From Eledone cirrhosa (Eukaryota), in contig OZ024740.1 of NCBI GenBank assembly GCA_964016885.1, forward strand, positions 246,760,001 through 246,824,000: a stretch of 64,000 nucleotides of DNA, read 5' to 3'. The translations under genes were made by a program, and so were the position numbers. The notes under the pieces were generated by a model. The model was not told the DNA's origin. It saw only the letters and a list, made by a program, of their open reading frames with translations, and made no database searches. Below, piece after piece: positions 29,102 through 42,879 of the stretch. Position 1 is the first letter of the stretch. Each line of letters starts with the position of its first letter.

Positions 29102-29464
29102 GTAGAAGGTAAACAGAAATAACAACACAATCGGTACAGTATATGAAAGGGATATATTAGGTTAACGCTTGAAAAGGCAGGAAGAGGGCCTTAACGTTTC
29201 GGACGCTAGTCCTTCACCAGAAGAAAGAATGAGAAATAAGATAGATTGAGGGGACGGGTGGGTTGGAATTGGAAGAAATGTCTTTAGATAAAAATAACAG
29301 GTCCATTCATGTTGACATCTCTTGCAAAACTGTTGGTGCTGGCGTTTTGTGTATGATTTATTTTTAGAAAAGTGGGTGATGGAGCACGTCTACATGAAAT
29401 GGAAAAAAAAAACGTTTTGTAAAAAGAGCCATACATGTGTGCGTGCGTATGCATGTGTGTGTCA

Positions 29465-29496
<32 letters not shown>

Positions 29497-29760
29497 TATT
29501 ATACGTCCGTTCGAATATATGTATATATATATATATTGCAAGAATTGTCAACATGAATGGACCTGTTATTTTTATCTAAAGACATTTTTCCGATTCCAAC
29601 CCGCACGTCCCCTCAATCCATCTTATTCCCCATTCTTTCTACTGATGAAGGACTAGCGTCCGAAACGTTCAGACTCTCTTGCTGCTATATCATGTCTTAA
29701 CCTAGTATATCCATTATATATACTGTACCGATTGTGTTGTTATTTCTGTTTACGTTTTAC
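29102..29760. mobile_element. Head-to-head pair of diverged ~225-bp HHR-bearing units, each ending in (CA)n
   Basis: 29102-29327 is the reverse complement of 29536-29760 with multiple substitutions. Confidence 0.85.
29638..29673 (+). ncRNA. Minimal hammerhead ribozyme; the mirror copy at 29189-29223 (-) has a mutated core (CTGGTGA)
   Basis: CTGATGA a ggac-tagc-gtcc GAAA CGT TC aga; stem I is short. Confidence 0.65.
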
Positions 29761-29797
29761 ACACACACACACACGCACGCACACACACACACACACG

Positions 29798-30707
<910 letters not shown>

Positions 30708-31108
30708 GAGTGTGTGTGTGTGTGTAAAGAAATATTGAAAAGAAAGCGTTAAGGGATCATGAAGTTCATGGAAAAAAGGGAAACTGAAAGGCGAGAAATA
30801 TGTGTAAAACAAGCGAATATCATTAGATGGAAAGTTCTGAGATCGATGTGTGAAAAGTATAGAGGAGACAAGAGAGGCGTGTGTTGGCATTTAGGAGTGA
30901 CAAGGAACAAACGGAGGGGGAGAATAAAAGGAAACAAATGGATACCAAAGTTAGAGAATGAGTGGAGATCAAAGCACAGATGTATTGGCTCTCACTAGGC
31001 CTTGAGGTTTCGCACGAGAAAGAGGACTACATATCATGGGGCCAGTTCGTGCAGCAGGAAATAAACATTTATACCTATTCGTTCTTAGTATTATTCTGTA
31101 ATGGACAT

Positions 31109-31297
31109 GGCGGTGGATTGGCAGTATCGGTAGAGGGTCGGACGACATGCTTTCCAGCATAGTTACGTCCCTTTACGGTCTGAGTTCAAATCCCGCCGAG
31201 GTTGACTTTGCCTTTCATCCTTACGGGGTCGATAAAATAAAGTACCAGTAATGCACTGGGTAATTGCTGGCCTTGTGCCTAAAGTAGAAACAATTAT
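31109..31297 (+). mobile_element. Family-A SINE with a perfect 19-bp TSD
   Basis: attattctgtaatggacat at 31090-31108 and 31293-31311. Confidence 0.9.
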
Positions 31298-31471
31298 TCT
31301 GTAATGGACATACTAATTTTCATATTATTATCGCTGGCAATTAATTAAGATATATAGTAAGAAGTTCGTTAGCAGCCAAAGTGTACGATAAAATTATATT
31401 TGTATAAATACAGAGTGTGTAACTGAAACTGCACCAACATGTATAAACATATAAATACATACACACACACA

Positions 31472-31518
<47 letters not shown>

Positions 31519-31822
31519 TCACACATATATGTGTGTTTGTGTGTGTGTGTATAAGAAGAAAAAAATAGGTATATTTTTGTCTATTCTTTCCTCACATTTA
31601 TAATTTAATTGATATCTCTGATTGAACGATTATTTAAATTTTTTGATTATTTAAATTCTTTCGGTCATTTAGCAAAACTGGTCAAGGCGGGACATCATAC
31701 ACACATATAATTCTGTATTTGTGTGTGTATCTTATTACCTATTTTGTCCCAAATCCCTTATGGTAGAGTAAAATAGGCGGGTGATTGTTGCTTTGGTGCA
31801 CTTTTCTTGTGCACGATGCTGC

Positions 31823-31897
31823 AAACCGGTCGCCGAAACTGCAGTCGGGACTTTGAAGAAAAATTTGGTATATCTTTGCTCCTTACATTTTTAATTT

Positions 31898-31945
<48 letters not shown>

Positions 31946-32009
31946 AAATAAAAAATGTAAGGATATACCAAATTTTTCTTCAAAGTCCCGACTGCAGTTT
32001 CGCCGACCG

Positions 32010-32013
<4 letters not shown>
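31823..32013. repeat. Tail-to-tail inverted repeat (~75-bp arms) around a (TA)n tract
   Basis: 31823-31902 versus 31941-32013; the arm contains GAAA-CTGCAG-TC. Confidence 0.9.
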
Positions 32014-32054
<41 letters not shown>

Positions 32055-32396
32055 TCAGCGAGAATCGCATTTCGGCGGGTAGAAAAAGCGAAACGTAACG
32101 CAAATATATATATTTATATATATATTGAGTATATGTTGGTTGTTTACCTAAAACAACTACAACAGATTGTCTTGCCTCAGAAAAATTGCTATAGACTTTT
32201 GATTGAGGAGTGTTCTCACAACTAACCAATGGGATGAGAGAGTGCCCTATAACGCCGAAATTCGTTTGTTCTAATTCATATGATTCCAGTTCCTCAGAGA
32301 AATAACAACACAACCAGGAGCTGGACATATCGATGTATTGATGGAGTAAAACACACTTAAACAACATGTGTACCTGTCTCTCCCACACCAATTCGG

Positions 32397-32451
32397 ACTG
32401 CCTGAAGAGGTCACAGCCAATGATGGCAGTCACCGAAATATATATAGCAGT
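32397..32451 (+). ncRNA. Type I minimal hammerhead ribozyme in a ~390-bp unit between (TA)n tracts
   Basis: Stem I actgc/gcagt, CTGAAGA, stem II ggt..gcca/tggc..acc, GAAA, palindromic ATATATAT, cleavage predicted after 32446. Confidence 0.85.
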
Positions 32452-32502
32452 ATATCTATAATTTATAATAAACGAAGCCAAATTTTACATATTTGACTTA
32501 AT

Positions 32503-32559
<57 letters not shown>

Positions 32560-32566
<7 letters not shown>

Positions 32567-32768
32567 GTGAGGTTTTTTTTTTTACAAAATGAAAAATAAC
32601 CGAGGTGTCCTACACGAGTGAAAGTATAAAGAAAAAGAGATGAAATCGAAAATGCAACTGGAGTCTTATTTAAAAAAAAAATATATATATTTATTTGGTT
32701 CCTTTACCGGTTTCGCAGTTCTTCTGCTTTTCAAAAGTAGAGTTGAGATGGAGGGTCTGTGGTTTTTC
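32560..32768 (-). mobile_element. Inverted copy of the 3'-terminal ~200 bp of the 24.3-28.1 kb PLE, including the U3:A8 HHR (32700-32739)
   Basis: Near-identical reverse complement of 27902-28105. Confidence 0.9.
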
Positions 32769-33109
32769 AATGAAATACGATATGTTTATAGATAAACATT
32801 TAGAAAGCCGTAGCTATGCAAAACACATCCCTCCCACTCTTGCGACTGTTGGATTTGAAAACAGGCGAGAATATATGGTTTTCTCGTCTGTGTAAATGAG
32901 GTGATTAATCTCATTTGCATATGACGCTGCATAAGGTGGCTCAGCTTATAATAGAATAGAATTAGGATTTAGCTCATACATAGCTGTGTACAGATATGTA
33001 TTGAAATTTCATATTTCTAAAGAAATACGGTATGTTCATGGATAAACATATATGTATAGAAATACATATCTATATACAGCTATGCATGAAGCTAAATCCT
33101 AATTCTATT

Positions 33110-33264
<155 letters not shown>

Positions 33265-33949
33265 TATATATATACATACATATATATTTATACATTTATA
33301 CTAACTGTGTGTGTGTGTCTCTGTGTGTGTGTGTGTACGTCTGCATGCGCGTGTATGCCTCAATCTGTGTCCATGTGCTGGATAATATATATATATTTAC
33401 GGCTGTCATCAGCTGTAAATGTATATATATATATCCAATGATGTCACTTCTTCACTTCTTCCTTCCCATTACCAATAATCCATTTCTTCCCTCCTCCCCA
33501 TACACATACCTACACCAACGCTCCACAGTAATTTCCCTTCACCAGAAACATCTGTTTACTCACACGATCCCACCTGACCCCGACTCGTGCATCACCTGGC
33601 ATATACACAGATTCGCAGGATTACACATGCACATTTCAGAAATAGTTAACACGGCTACATAAACGAACATACAAACATCCATACACACACACATTACAAA
33701 AACAAATAGTTACACACATGCGCAACACAAGCAATTACACGCATACTAAATACACTAATACATAATACATATCCAGAGTACGTACACAGTACAATATTCA
33801 AACACATAGACAAACGCTACACAATAACGATAACAATTTCACAACACACAGCATTACACCACACAATAAGAACTCTCACAACAACAACAACAAGTAACAA
33901 CAAACAACTACCCACCAAACTACACAGCCAACCTACCTGTAGGCTAAAA

Positions 33950-34770
33950 GCACAATTATTTTCTGCGGATTTTATCCACAATTTATGTTAGGTATGTTTG
34001 GTGTGTTGTAGTGGAGAGGGTGAGTTTTTGAGTATGTATATCTATGTCAGTGGAAAAAGAGATGGTGAAAGCAATGGATGGGCTGAGTCGTGTCCTCCCG
34101 ACCCCAGCACAATTTTATTATTATAATTATGATAATTATAATTATTAAAGACAGCATGGATGTGGCATGAGACTTTATCAATACATTTCAGTTTTCGTGA
34201 GGCTTATGATATAGTTTATACGAAGTTGTTGTTAGGTCTATGTTCACATCTAAGAAATTTGCATTAGTAATTTTAAGTCCTAGCGCACTAAATGTGTCAA
34301 TTAAATTTTTACGGAATCTGTCCAGAGTCTGCCCATTACAGTCTTGTGAAAACGAAAGATCGCCGTCGCTATATAGACCAAAAGTGTGGTTGAGGAATTT
34401 ACACATTAGCGTATGAAGAATGTATAATCCGATAAAATTACAAACATCAGCACTGTCATAGGGCCCCTAAGAGGGTTCTAAGGACATGGAATATAAGGTC
34501 ATATTCCATGTCCCTGATATATAAGAAAGAATGGGCAAAGTATAAAGCGTTATTAAGAAGAGTCCTAGAAGAAAGATAAAAATATATTCGGTCCTGTTAT
34601 TAAAGTGAATTTCTGGGAACCAGAATATGAGAAATGTTATTCCAAAGTGAGAGATTGGTGTTTTTAATGATACAAGTGATGAGGTCTCTTAATTTTTTTT
34701 ACTAACTATTCCTAACTCTGATCTTGCAGGATTTATGAATCTATAGGTAGACCTGTTAGTGAAATCAGGT
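33950..34770 (-). mobile_element. Highly degenerate PLE RT fragment of a different subfamily
   Basis: GPYDSADVCNFIGLYIL, GLYSDGDL (compare GLYRDDGL), NFLDVNIDL and LYHKP motifs. Confidence 0.65.
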
Positions 34771-34799
34771 TTGTGATTCTTCAGGCTATAATGAAGGCA

Positions 34800-35815
34800 T
34801 CGCCTACAAGGATACCAAAGTTGGTGCATCAGGAACAGGTAGACCTTCTCCGCGTCGAACTGGCTGAATAGCTGGTGGAATGTTTGGATACTTCATTTTC
34901 TTCTTTGACAAGACTTTTTTTTACTGGAGGTACTCTGCAGAAATAACAATTGTGGGTATGGTCTGCTGGTTCTCGCCACGTCATTGGCAAAGCAAAACGC
35001 ATCCCTTTCTTCTTCCTGTTCAATCATTGGTGAAGGTTAATAGCACAAGTGTTGCAGCATATGTGAGAAGCCCATTTCTTATACTGGTCGCCAATTTTGC
35101 ATCCAAAATAACAATAGCAGTTATACGGCCCTTCTGTGATGCCAAGGTCACCCCACCACAAACGTAGCAGAAGTTGTCTGCCTTATTTACACAAGTGCGA
35201 GGCATCTGTAAGAAGAAAACAACAACAAAAATAGAAGATAAGCAGAAAATTCATTCATAAATACGGATTGGCAGTATCGGTAGAGGGTCAGACGCCATGC
35301 TTTGAAGCATAGAGTTACGTCCCTTTATGATCTGAGTTCAAATCTCGCCGAGGTTAACTTTGCCTTTCATCCTTACGGGGTCGATAAAATAAAGTACCAG
35401 TAATGTACTGGGTAATTGCTGGCCTTGTGCCAAAAGTAGAAACAATTATAATATTGAGCATTTATATCATTCAGTAGGAAAATAAAATTAATATAAAATG
35501 CCTCACATACATATCAATAACTTGCTCAGTGAATATTTATATTAATATAAGTTTAATATAATATAATATATAAAGTTGCACAGCGTAACCACCCACCTCC
35601 TATGACTGTTGGAACTATACTTGAAAGACAGTGGGACTGTGAGTGTAGTAAGAAATACATTGCCGCAAACCTGTTTGAACCTGATGTAATACATATGTGT
35701 ATGTTGAAAAGTAGAGCTAACAAACAGTTTTAACCATGATATTCATTATCAGCGACCTAACAGTAGTTGGGAATTGTTACTCTGATCTCAGAAGCATTTT
35801 GGTTGTTGATCAGTG
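34800..35815 (-). mobile_element. Chapaev3-like (CMC) DNA transposon, 5' end with a pseudogenised transposase N-terminus
   Basis: MPRTCVNKADNFCYVCG and PMTWREPADHTHNCYFC Cys motifs; CACTG terminus at 35815; interrupted by a SINE at 35265-35449. Confidence 0.75.
35265..35449 (+). mobile_element. Family-A SINE
   Basis: Near-identical to the other copies. Confidence 0.88.
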
Positions 35816-36687
35816 TAACTAATGTTCCAGTGTACCAATACCATACGTGTGAGTGTATGTGTGAGTGTGTGTATATATGTGTGCGCACGGGTGTGTGTGT
35901 GTGATATGCATTGTAAGTAGTCATATATCTTCACATTCAAGCATGTATTTTTATAGGCATATCATGCATATATAAATACCTCTGAGTATGTATATATGTA
36001 TATAGATGCATATGCATGTATGTATATGTAAGCATATAAATACATACATATGCATATATAATACATACATACATATAAATATACGCAGATATATATCTGT
36101 ATATATCTGTATGTGCACATGTGTACGTGTGTATGCAAATTTGTGTGCTGATGTGCGCGTATGTAATTTAGCGTATGCATATATATGTAGGAATGTATTC
36201 TTATGTACGTGTGTTAATAGGCGAACATGCAATAACTGCATGTGTTCACTAATGCATGTGTATCCAAACTTCTGTAAGAACACGTGAATGCACTGGTGTA
36301 CATACAAACATCTGCATGTGCATCGGCTTTTATTCATACCGGTTTATGTGCGTGTATATATAAGTATGTTATTGTGTATACACACGAGTACATGAAAGTG
36401 TGTGTGCGATTGTGTATATACATGAGTGCATGTGTTTAAACATTTGAGTGCAATCTTTAGTGCATATGTGCATCAATGCACATAAGTGTTTATGACTGCA
36501 CAATCTTAGAAACTGCAGGCAGGCAAACTATAAATTATAAATGTTTGTGGGGATGGTAATAGTAGTAGTGGTGATGGTGGTTGTGGTGGCGGTGGTTGTG
36601 TCAGTAGTAGTGATCTCTACTACTACCATCACTGTGATTATAGTGAGTGTAGTAATAGTAGTAGTAGTAGTAGAAGTAGTAGTAGTA

Positions 36688-36761
<74 letters not shown>

Positions 36762-36987
36762 GGGGCAATTGCGCTGGTGGTAGTGCTATTGGTAGACAGT
36801 GTAATCTTGTTGGTAGTGGTGTGGTTAGAGGTAGTAGTGGTAGTTTTAATGGCAGAGACACGCGTGAAATTGTTTTCACACAGCATTTACACCGGAAACT
36901 AAATCAATATAAAGAAAATCCAGCAATATCATTACCACAGTGCCACCACCAGGAATTTCAAATTCCAATGCTTTTTACAAGGCAACT

Positions 36988-37087
<100 letters not shown>

Positions 37088-37235
37088 CACACTCACTGTT
37101 TGGTTGGTTTTCGCTTCTCGCTTCTGTGTCTTTTATATCGGTAATCTAATTTACTCGGTCCTCAATGTTGCCATTGGCTGACCGACGGTCAAAAATAATA
37201 CAGATACAATATAGACAAGACACATATATATAGTT

Positions 37236-37280
37236 TATCATAAATCTTTCGTTGCACATCTGCAACATCGTCAGTGGTGC
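37236..37280 (-). ncRNA. Minimal hammerhead ribozyme in the PLE 3' region
   Basis: ca CTGACGA t gttgca-gatg-tgcaac GAAA GATT TA tg; stem I is weak. Confidence 0.7.
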
Positions 37281-37524
37281 TATCGTTTCCTCCCGTATGT
37301 CTACGCCATTTTTATTCAGTTTGTCTATATATTTATTTATTTATTTGCTTGTTTGTTTATTTTTTTTATTTTGCCTTCTTTGCGCATGCGTTTGCGTGTG
37401 TGTATAGTGTTTTGTTTGATGTGTGATGGGTGATTAGTGTGTGTTTATGTGTTTGTTGTTATTATGCTTGTGTATGTATTTATTTATTTATTTATTTTAT
37501 TTTATTTACTTATTTATACTTCTC

Positions 37525-38000
37525 TTAGGTCAGTGTTGTTTGTTTGGGTGTTGTTGTTATTCCATTCATTTTTCTGTTTAGTCTTGGTCTTCTAAGTTCT
37601 ATTTCACTGGTCTCTCTGATTTGCCTATCTGCTGGGTCATTTCTATGTTTAGATATTATTCTAATTTCTATGTTGTCTATGTTACCGTCATGTTGTTGTC
37701 TAGCATGTTCGTATAGTACTGACCCGTTTTTTCGTCCATTTAGTTCCCCCCAGTGTTGGTCAATCCTTTCACCTATGCTACGAGCTGTCTCACCTATGTA
37801 TGTTGTTGTCATGTTTCTGCAAGTACCCTCTGTACATCTTATGCTATAGACTACGTTTCTAGTTTTACAGTTTATCCGGGGGTTTACCTTACATATGATA
37901 CATTTCCTATTGGTACAGTGGGTTTTCTTAAAAGGGTAGGTTTTGCTGATCAGGGATTTTATGGTGGTTCCTGGCTTTTCTACCACCTTAATTTTTAAGT
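37525..38000 (-). CDS. PLE GIY-YIG endonuclease domain
   Basis: CTNRKCIIC, NVVYSIRC..C....YIGETARSIGER, H..H, RQIRE and PRLN motifs. Confidence 0.88.
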
Positions 38001-39473
38001 GGCTCCTTCGTATACTCTGACTCTGTCTCTTTGGTTGTAGCCAGAGAACTGCATGCGGTTGATGAAGTGTTGGATGTGTCTTTCCATTTCTGTTGGGTCG
38101 CACATGCGGGACACATTCTTCATCACTCGTACCAAATCTGCGATCAGAATATTAAACTTAGCACTACTGGACATTGCTGAGTTTTTGAGTATCAGGTATT
38201 TGGAGGCCATGGGTTTAGCATAGTGTGAGTGGAGAATTTGGGCTCTCTCGTCTATAGTGTTAATCCAGAGTTCTGTGTCTAATACAGGTAGTCTATTGTT
38301 AGGGTGTTTGGAAGGGTAGTCGATAGTTACAGTTATACTCTGGTGTATGGAATTAGCTATCTGCTGGATGCTTTCCATTGTGCTACGTTCTAAATCAAAC
38401 TTGTTAGTGCTCTCTTGTGGGGATGTTCTTATAACTATATTGATATCGTCTACATAACGAGAGTACATGATGAGGTCTATGGAGCTCTCATTAAGGAGAT
38501 CTTTAAGTCTCCTTTCCCACCATACCATGAAAAGCTTGGCAACATCACCAGCTATGCTGACGCCAATGGCTGCTCCCTCATTTTGGGTGTAGATCTTCTC
38601 GTTGAACTTAAATATGTGACCAGTTAGGGTAGTTTTGATACTAGCCCCTATTGCATGTGCGACCATTTTTATTACCTGATCAGTGTTTTGGGGGGTCCGT
38701 ATAGCTTTGGTCCACCCAATCCACCTTCCCATGGGAGTCTTTTTTGCCATTGAGGTTATGGTGTGGGGTCTACCTCTTATGGGTATACTAGGGCAGAAAC
38801 GTCTAAGGTAATGGCTGTCTAGGTAGTCAGTGTCGTAGGTAAGTCTAAGTAGGAGGCCCAGTTTCCCTGTGTCGACGTCGCAGAACCCCACCTCACTCTC
38901 AATGATCATCTCCACACATTTTTCCACAGCAAAATCAATGTTAATGGATGGGTACAGTGACACCACATCCATGCTGCCTATTATGCAGTTGGATAGGTTC
39001 CTGTTTTTGTTGCACTCACTGATTCTGCTGAGGAGGTCCTCTGTACTATCACATACATCTGGGGACATCTTGATCATGGGGCGTATAACCATTGAGAGGA
39101 AGTAGGAGATCCTGTAGTTACTAGCTATATTAGCTCCGCATACGGGTCTTGTTGGTGGTCCTGTTGTCGGGTTGTCGACTGTCTTGTGGTCTTTGCGGAG
39201 CCCATACAAGGGTGGTATGCCATTGTTAGACGCCTGGAAGTTGTTGGCAGTGCGTCTGCTTGGCTTTAGGATGTCAGTCCACATCATCATGTGAGCGTTG
39301 AGGATTTTCTCTCTCCCATCGTGTGTTTGTTGTGCAATTTCGCTCGTGTTGGTGATGTGGGGTTGCATAGCCTTGATGTAGTTCGGCATGCTGTCTATTG
39401 ACATCCTACCAGATGTATCCGTGGGTAGACATACTACCTCACCATCCCTTGTGCGCTGCTTGAGGCTAACCAA
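37995..39473 (-). CDS. PLE reverse transcriptase
   Basis: PTDTSGR, LYGLRKDHK, PTRPVCGA, GSMDVVSLYPSI, QNEGAAIG, SRYVDD and LPVLD motifs. Confidence 0.88.
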   Translation of the reverse strand: MVSLKQRTRDGEVVCLPTDTSGRMSIDSMPNYIKAMQPHITNTSEIAQQTHDGREKILNAHMMMWTDILKPSRRTANNFQASNNGIPPLYGLRKDHKTVDNPTTGPPTRPVCGANIASNYRISYFLSMVIRPMIKMSPDVCDSTEDLLSRISECNKNRNLSNCIIGSMDVVSLYPSINIDFAVEKCVEMIIESEVGFCDVDTGKLGLLLRLTYDTDYLDSHYLRRFCPSIPIRGRPHTITSMAKKTPMGRWIGWTKAIRTPQNTDQVIKMVAHAIGASIKTTLTGHIFKFNEKIYTQNEGAAIGVSIAGDVAKLFMVWWERRLKDLLNESSIDLIMYSRYVDDINIVIRTSPQESTNKFDLERSTMESIQQIANSIHQSITVTIDYPSKHPNNRLPVLDTELWINTIDERAQILHSHYAKPMASKYLILKNSAMSSSAKFNILIADLVRVMKNVSRMCDPTEMERHIQHFINRMQFSGYNQRDRVRVYEGAT

Positions 39474-40906
39474 GCCTTATACAGGTTTCCTCCCAAGTTG
39501 TTGGGCCTCTGGTCTGCTCTGTCTCTTAGTATATCTGTCTACTATTTGTCTAATCTTATTTCTAGCTATGGTGAACTGTGCCTCTGTCTCGTCATCTATT
39601 TGTTGTGGTATGCAAACTCTTTTTTTAAAGAGTAACCTCGTAGGATAGATATTACCCATCTTATATGTTTTGTCAGCTGGGTTGAAAAATAGTTTCTCTA
39701 AGGGGTTGTCATTATATCTATCGTCATAGTTGTGTGTGTTGCTATTATTGTTATCATGGTGGTTGTTGTTGTTCCTATCATTAGCATTATTATTATTGTT
39801 ATGATTGCTAGATGTATTGTTGTTTACTTCACCGTTATTGTTGTTGTTACTGTTATTTCTACCATTGTGGTTGTTACTTTTATTATGTTTCTTGTTTTTG
39901 TTGTGTCTATCATTGATGTTGCTACATGTACTATTTCCATTATTACCACTGTGGTTATTGTTGTTGTTGTTCGTATTGTTACCGTTATTACTACTGTGGT
40001 CGCTGCGGCTGTGTCTGTGGTTAATGTTTCTATTATTATTATTATTGTGGTTGTTGTTGTTCTGTCTATCGTTAGTATTATTACCATTATTACTCTTTCT
40101 CACTTTCCTGCTATTGTTATTGTTATGGCTGTTATTTCTATACTCAGAGTTATTGTTTATATTACTACTACCGTTATTATTGTTGTTGTTGTTGTTGTTT
40201 ACCTTTGCATTCCAACGTATTTTTGTGAAACACTTTTCCAGCTCCGTTTTGCACTCCATAGGGTTAATCTTTTTGTAGATGGCAAATTTTGGTGGTAGCT
40301 GCAGGATTTGTTGTTCTTGTTCACTGATTAAAGTGTTCCCATAAATATTTACTTTGTGGTCATTGGTAAATTCTTCCGGTAGTTTTACATCAGGCATACG
40401 GATATTGTTGATGTTATCTGGGTATTTTTGAGAATATTCTATTTTCCTTTCTTGTAGTTTTTTCTTATTCATCCATTCTAATTTACTTATTGAAATGCCT
40501 ATTGCATTCGTTTCGGGCGTATTTCGTTTCACGTCGGATGACGCTCATGAAGTTATCTCTCTCGTTTGGCGTGGTGAGATTTCGGACTTCCTTACCGTTA
40601 ATGCGTTTCTGTCTGTAAAGTTCGTTGACTTTTGTGTATATTGTTCTTTTCATATTAACTGTTATTGTGTGTTTTAGTCGTTCGGCTTGTGTTTTGTTCA
40701 ATATTTAATTATTTACTTGTTTTGATATGTTTGTTGTGTATATTTTAGAGGAAACACAGTGTTTTAAGAAGCGGATTTGTTCTGTTGTTATTGTAGTTTT
40801 TATATAACAAAAAAAGTGTCTTTCAATAACCTTTCAGCTTGGCACAAGCTAATGCCATAACAATATTTGTTTCGACACACGATTTCATATAAAAAACCTC
40901 GCAAAA

Positions 40907-40983
<77 letters not shown>

Positions 40984-41080
40984 ATACATATATATATATG
41001 TGTGTATGTATATATATATATATACACACATATGTGTGTGTGTGCGTGTGTGTGTGTTTGTATATATATATAATATATAT

Positions 41081-41145
<65 letters not shown>

Positions 41146-41219
41146 AAGTAAGAAAACAACAATAACGCAGGCGTGCAAGTTACAGAAGATATTAGGTTCA
41201 TATATATATATGTATAGCC

Positions 41220-42860
41220 ATTGATTCAAAAGTCAGTTTGTTGCTGCCGCCCTTATTTGCGATTCGCCTCATGCTGTTCATCAGGGATCTTGGTCAGCAG
41301 CATGTCGAGATGTCTCTTGAAAACATCTACATGGACATCAGATTTTTTGATTGCTTATTAAATATCTGGGGTCCCTTGAACCCCTGGCTATTGCAGTATG
41401 TGGCCATTATTCTTCACGTGACAGATGGGACCTTACGCACTACAGAGTGGCATCCTGTACGTGGCCTGTCCTGCCTTCAATGCCAAAGTTTGGTGCTAAA
41501 TCTTCCAGGAGTGCGCATATCAATGCATATCTCTCCCGTTTTCGTTCCCGGAAGTAAAGCTTTAATTTATTCAGCTTTTTCCTATAGCTCATCTCTTTCA
41601 TTGAGGCAATCTTTTGGGTGTAACTTCGTTGGATTGCTTCAAGTTCGACAATTAGTTTCATACTTGTTTCTACTTTAGGCACAAGGCCAGCAATTACCCA
41701 GTGCATTACTGGTACTTTATTTTATCGACCCCGTAAGGATGAAAGGCAAAGTCAACCTCGGCGGGATTTGAACTCAGATCGTAAAGGGACGTAACTATGC
41801 TTTCATACTGTGGGGCAACCACAGCTGAGAGCAACAGTCCAGTCGGTTGAGAACGAAAGTCCTCCAGAGGACAAACATGGTTTCCGAGTCTCTTGTCCTG
41901 AATGTCCTCAGAAACTAACACGCCAGTCGTCTGCACGTTGCCATCATTTTGTTGATGTGTGCATGAAACGATGCATCATTGCTCATGTCAATACATAGTT
42001 CTCGTATTGACTTTGACTCGGGGATTTCGATTCCTCCTGGTCCAGTGTACCTTTGTTGTGGTGGTCTTATGTTTATGGGTTGATAGTGGAAGGCTTGAAA
42101 CTTACCTGCATTAAATTGCATATTGCTGTCTTCAGCCCATTGGTATATGGTATCTAAATCTTGTTGAAAGAAGTAGCATCAACCGGTTTCTTGATTACCT
42201 GTGCTACTTTCGTGTCATCAGCATAGCTTGTGAGTGAGGCTGTCCGTATTACAGAGGGCATGTCTGAGAGAACCACCAAAAAGTATAGTGGTCCAAGACG
42301 ATACACTGGGGCACGCTGCTTGTTATTGAGGTTTCCTTTGAGAGAGCCCCGCTGGCTGCAACAGTCTGGCTTCTGTCTTTTAAGAAGTCATGAAGCCATT
42401 CACCTAGTTTTCCAGATATGCCAAAGCTACGTAGTTTGTGACATATTATTCCATGATCAACGTCGTCTAAGGCCTTCGCAAAGACGAGTTATATCACATC
42501 CACGTTCGAACGGTCTAGCAGCTGTTTGAGTATCAAGTCATAGTGTTGCAAGAACTGCGTAAGTCAACTTTTATCCGGGCGAAAACCATATTGGCTTTTC
42601 CTCTAAGAAAGTAATTAATTTCCTTCTGACGATTCGTTGCATGATTTTGCTGATATGTGAAGTCAGGGAGACAGGGTAGTTTCTAGCATCTGCTCTGACC
42701 GTTCCTTTGTGGATAGGACATACTATGCCTTCTTTTAGTTTTCCGGGTAGTTTACCATTTGCAAGGGATCTTTGGAAGAGAATCTGCAGTAATTATGCTA
42801 GTGTTCGCTTGCATATTTTTCGGAGGATTGGTAGGAAACCACTAGGGCCAGTAGCAGATG
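41220..42860 (-). mobile_element. CR1-group LINE RT/3' fragment, degenerate, with a SINE inserted at 41663-41800
   Basis: PIHKG, LTSHISKIM, QYGFRP, SYADDTKV, MQFNAGKFQ, LEAIQRSYT and RERY motifs. Confidence 0.82.
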
Positions 42861-42879
42861 TATATAAATAAATATGTAT

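Noticed and set aside
31897-32481. 194-aa minus-strand ORF
   Set aside because: It spans microsatellites and several unrelated repeat units and is antisense to an HHR unit; no domain recognised
39474-39479. In-frame stop in the PLE ORF as possible selenocysteine or readthrough
   Set aside because: The codon is TAA, not TGA, and the element has other disabling lesions
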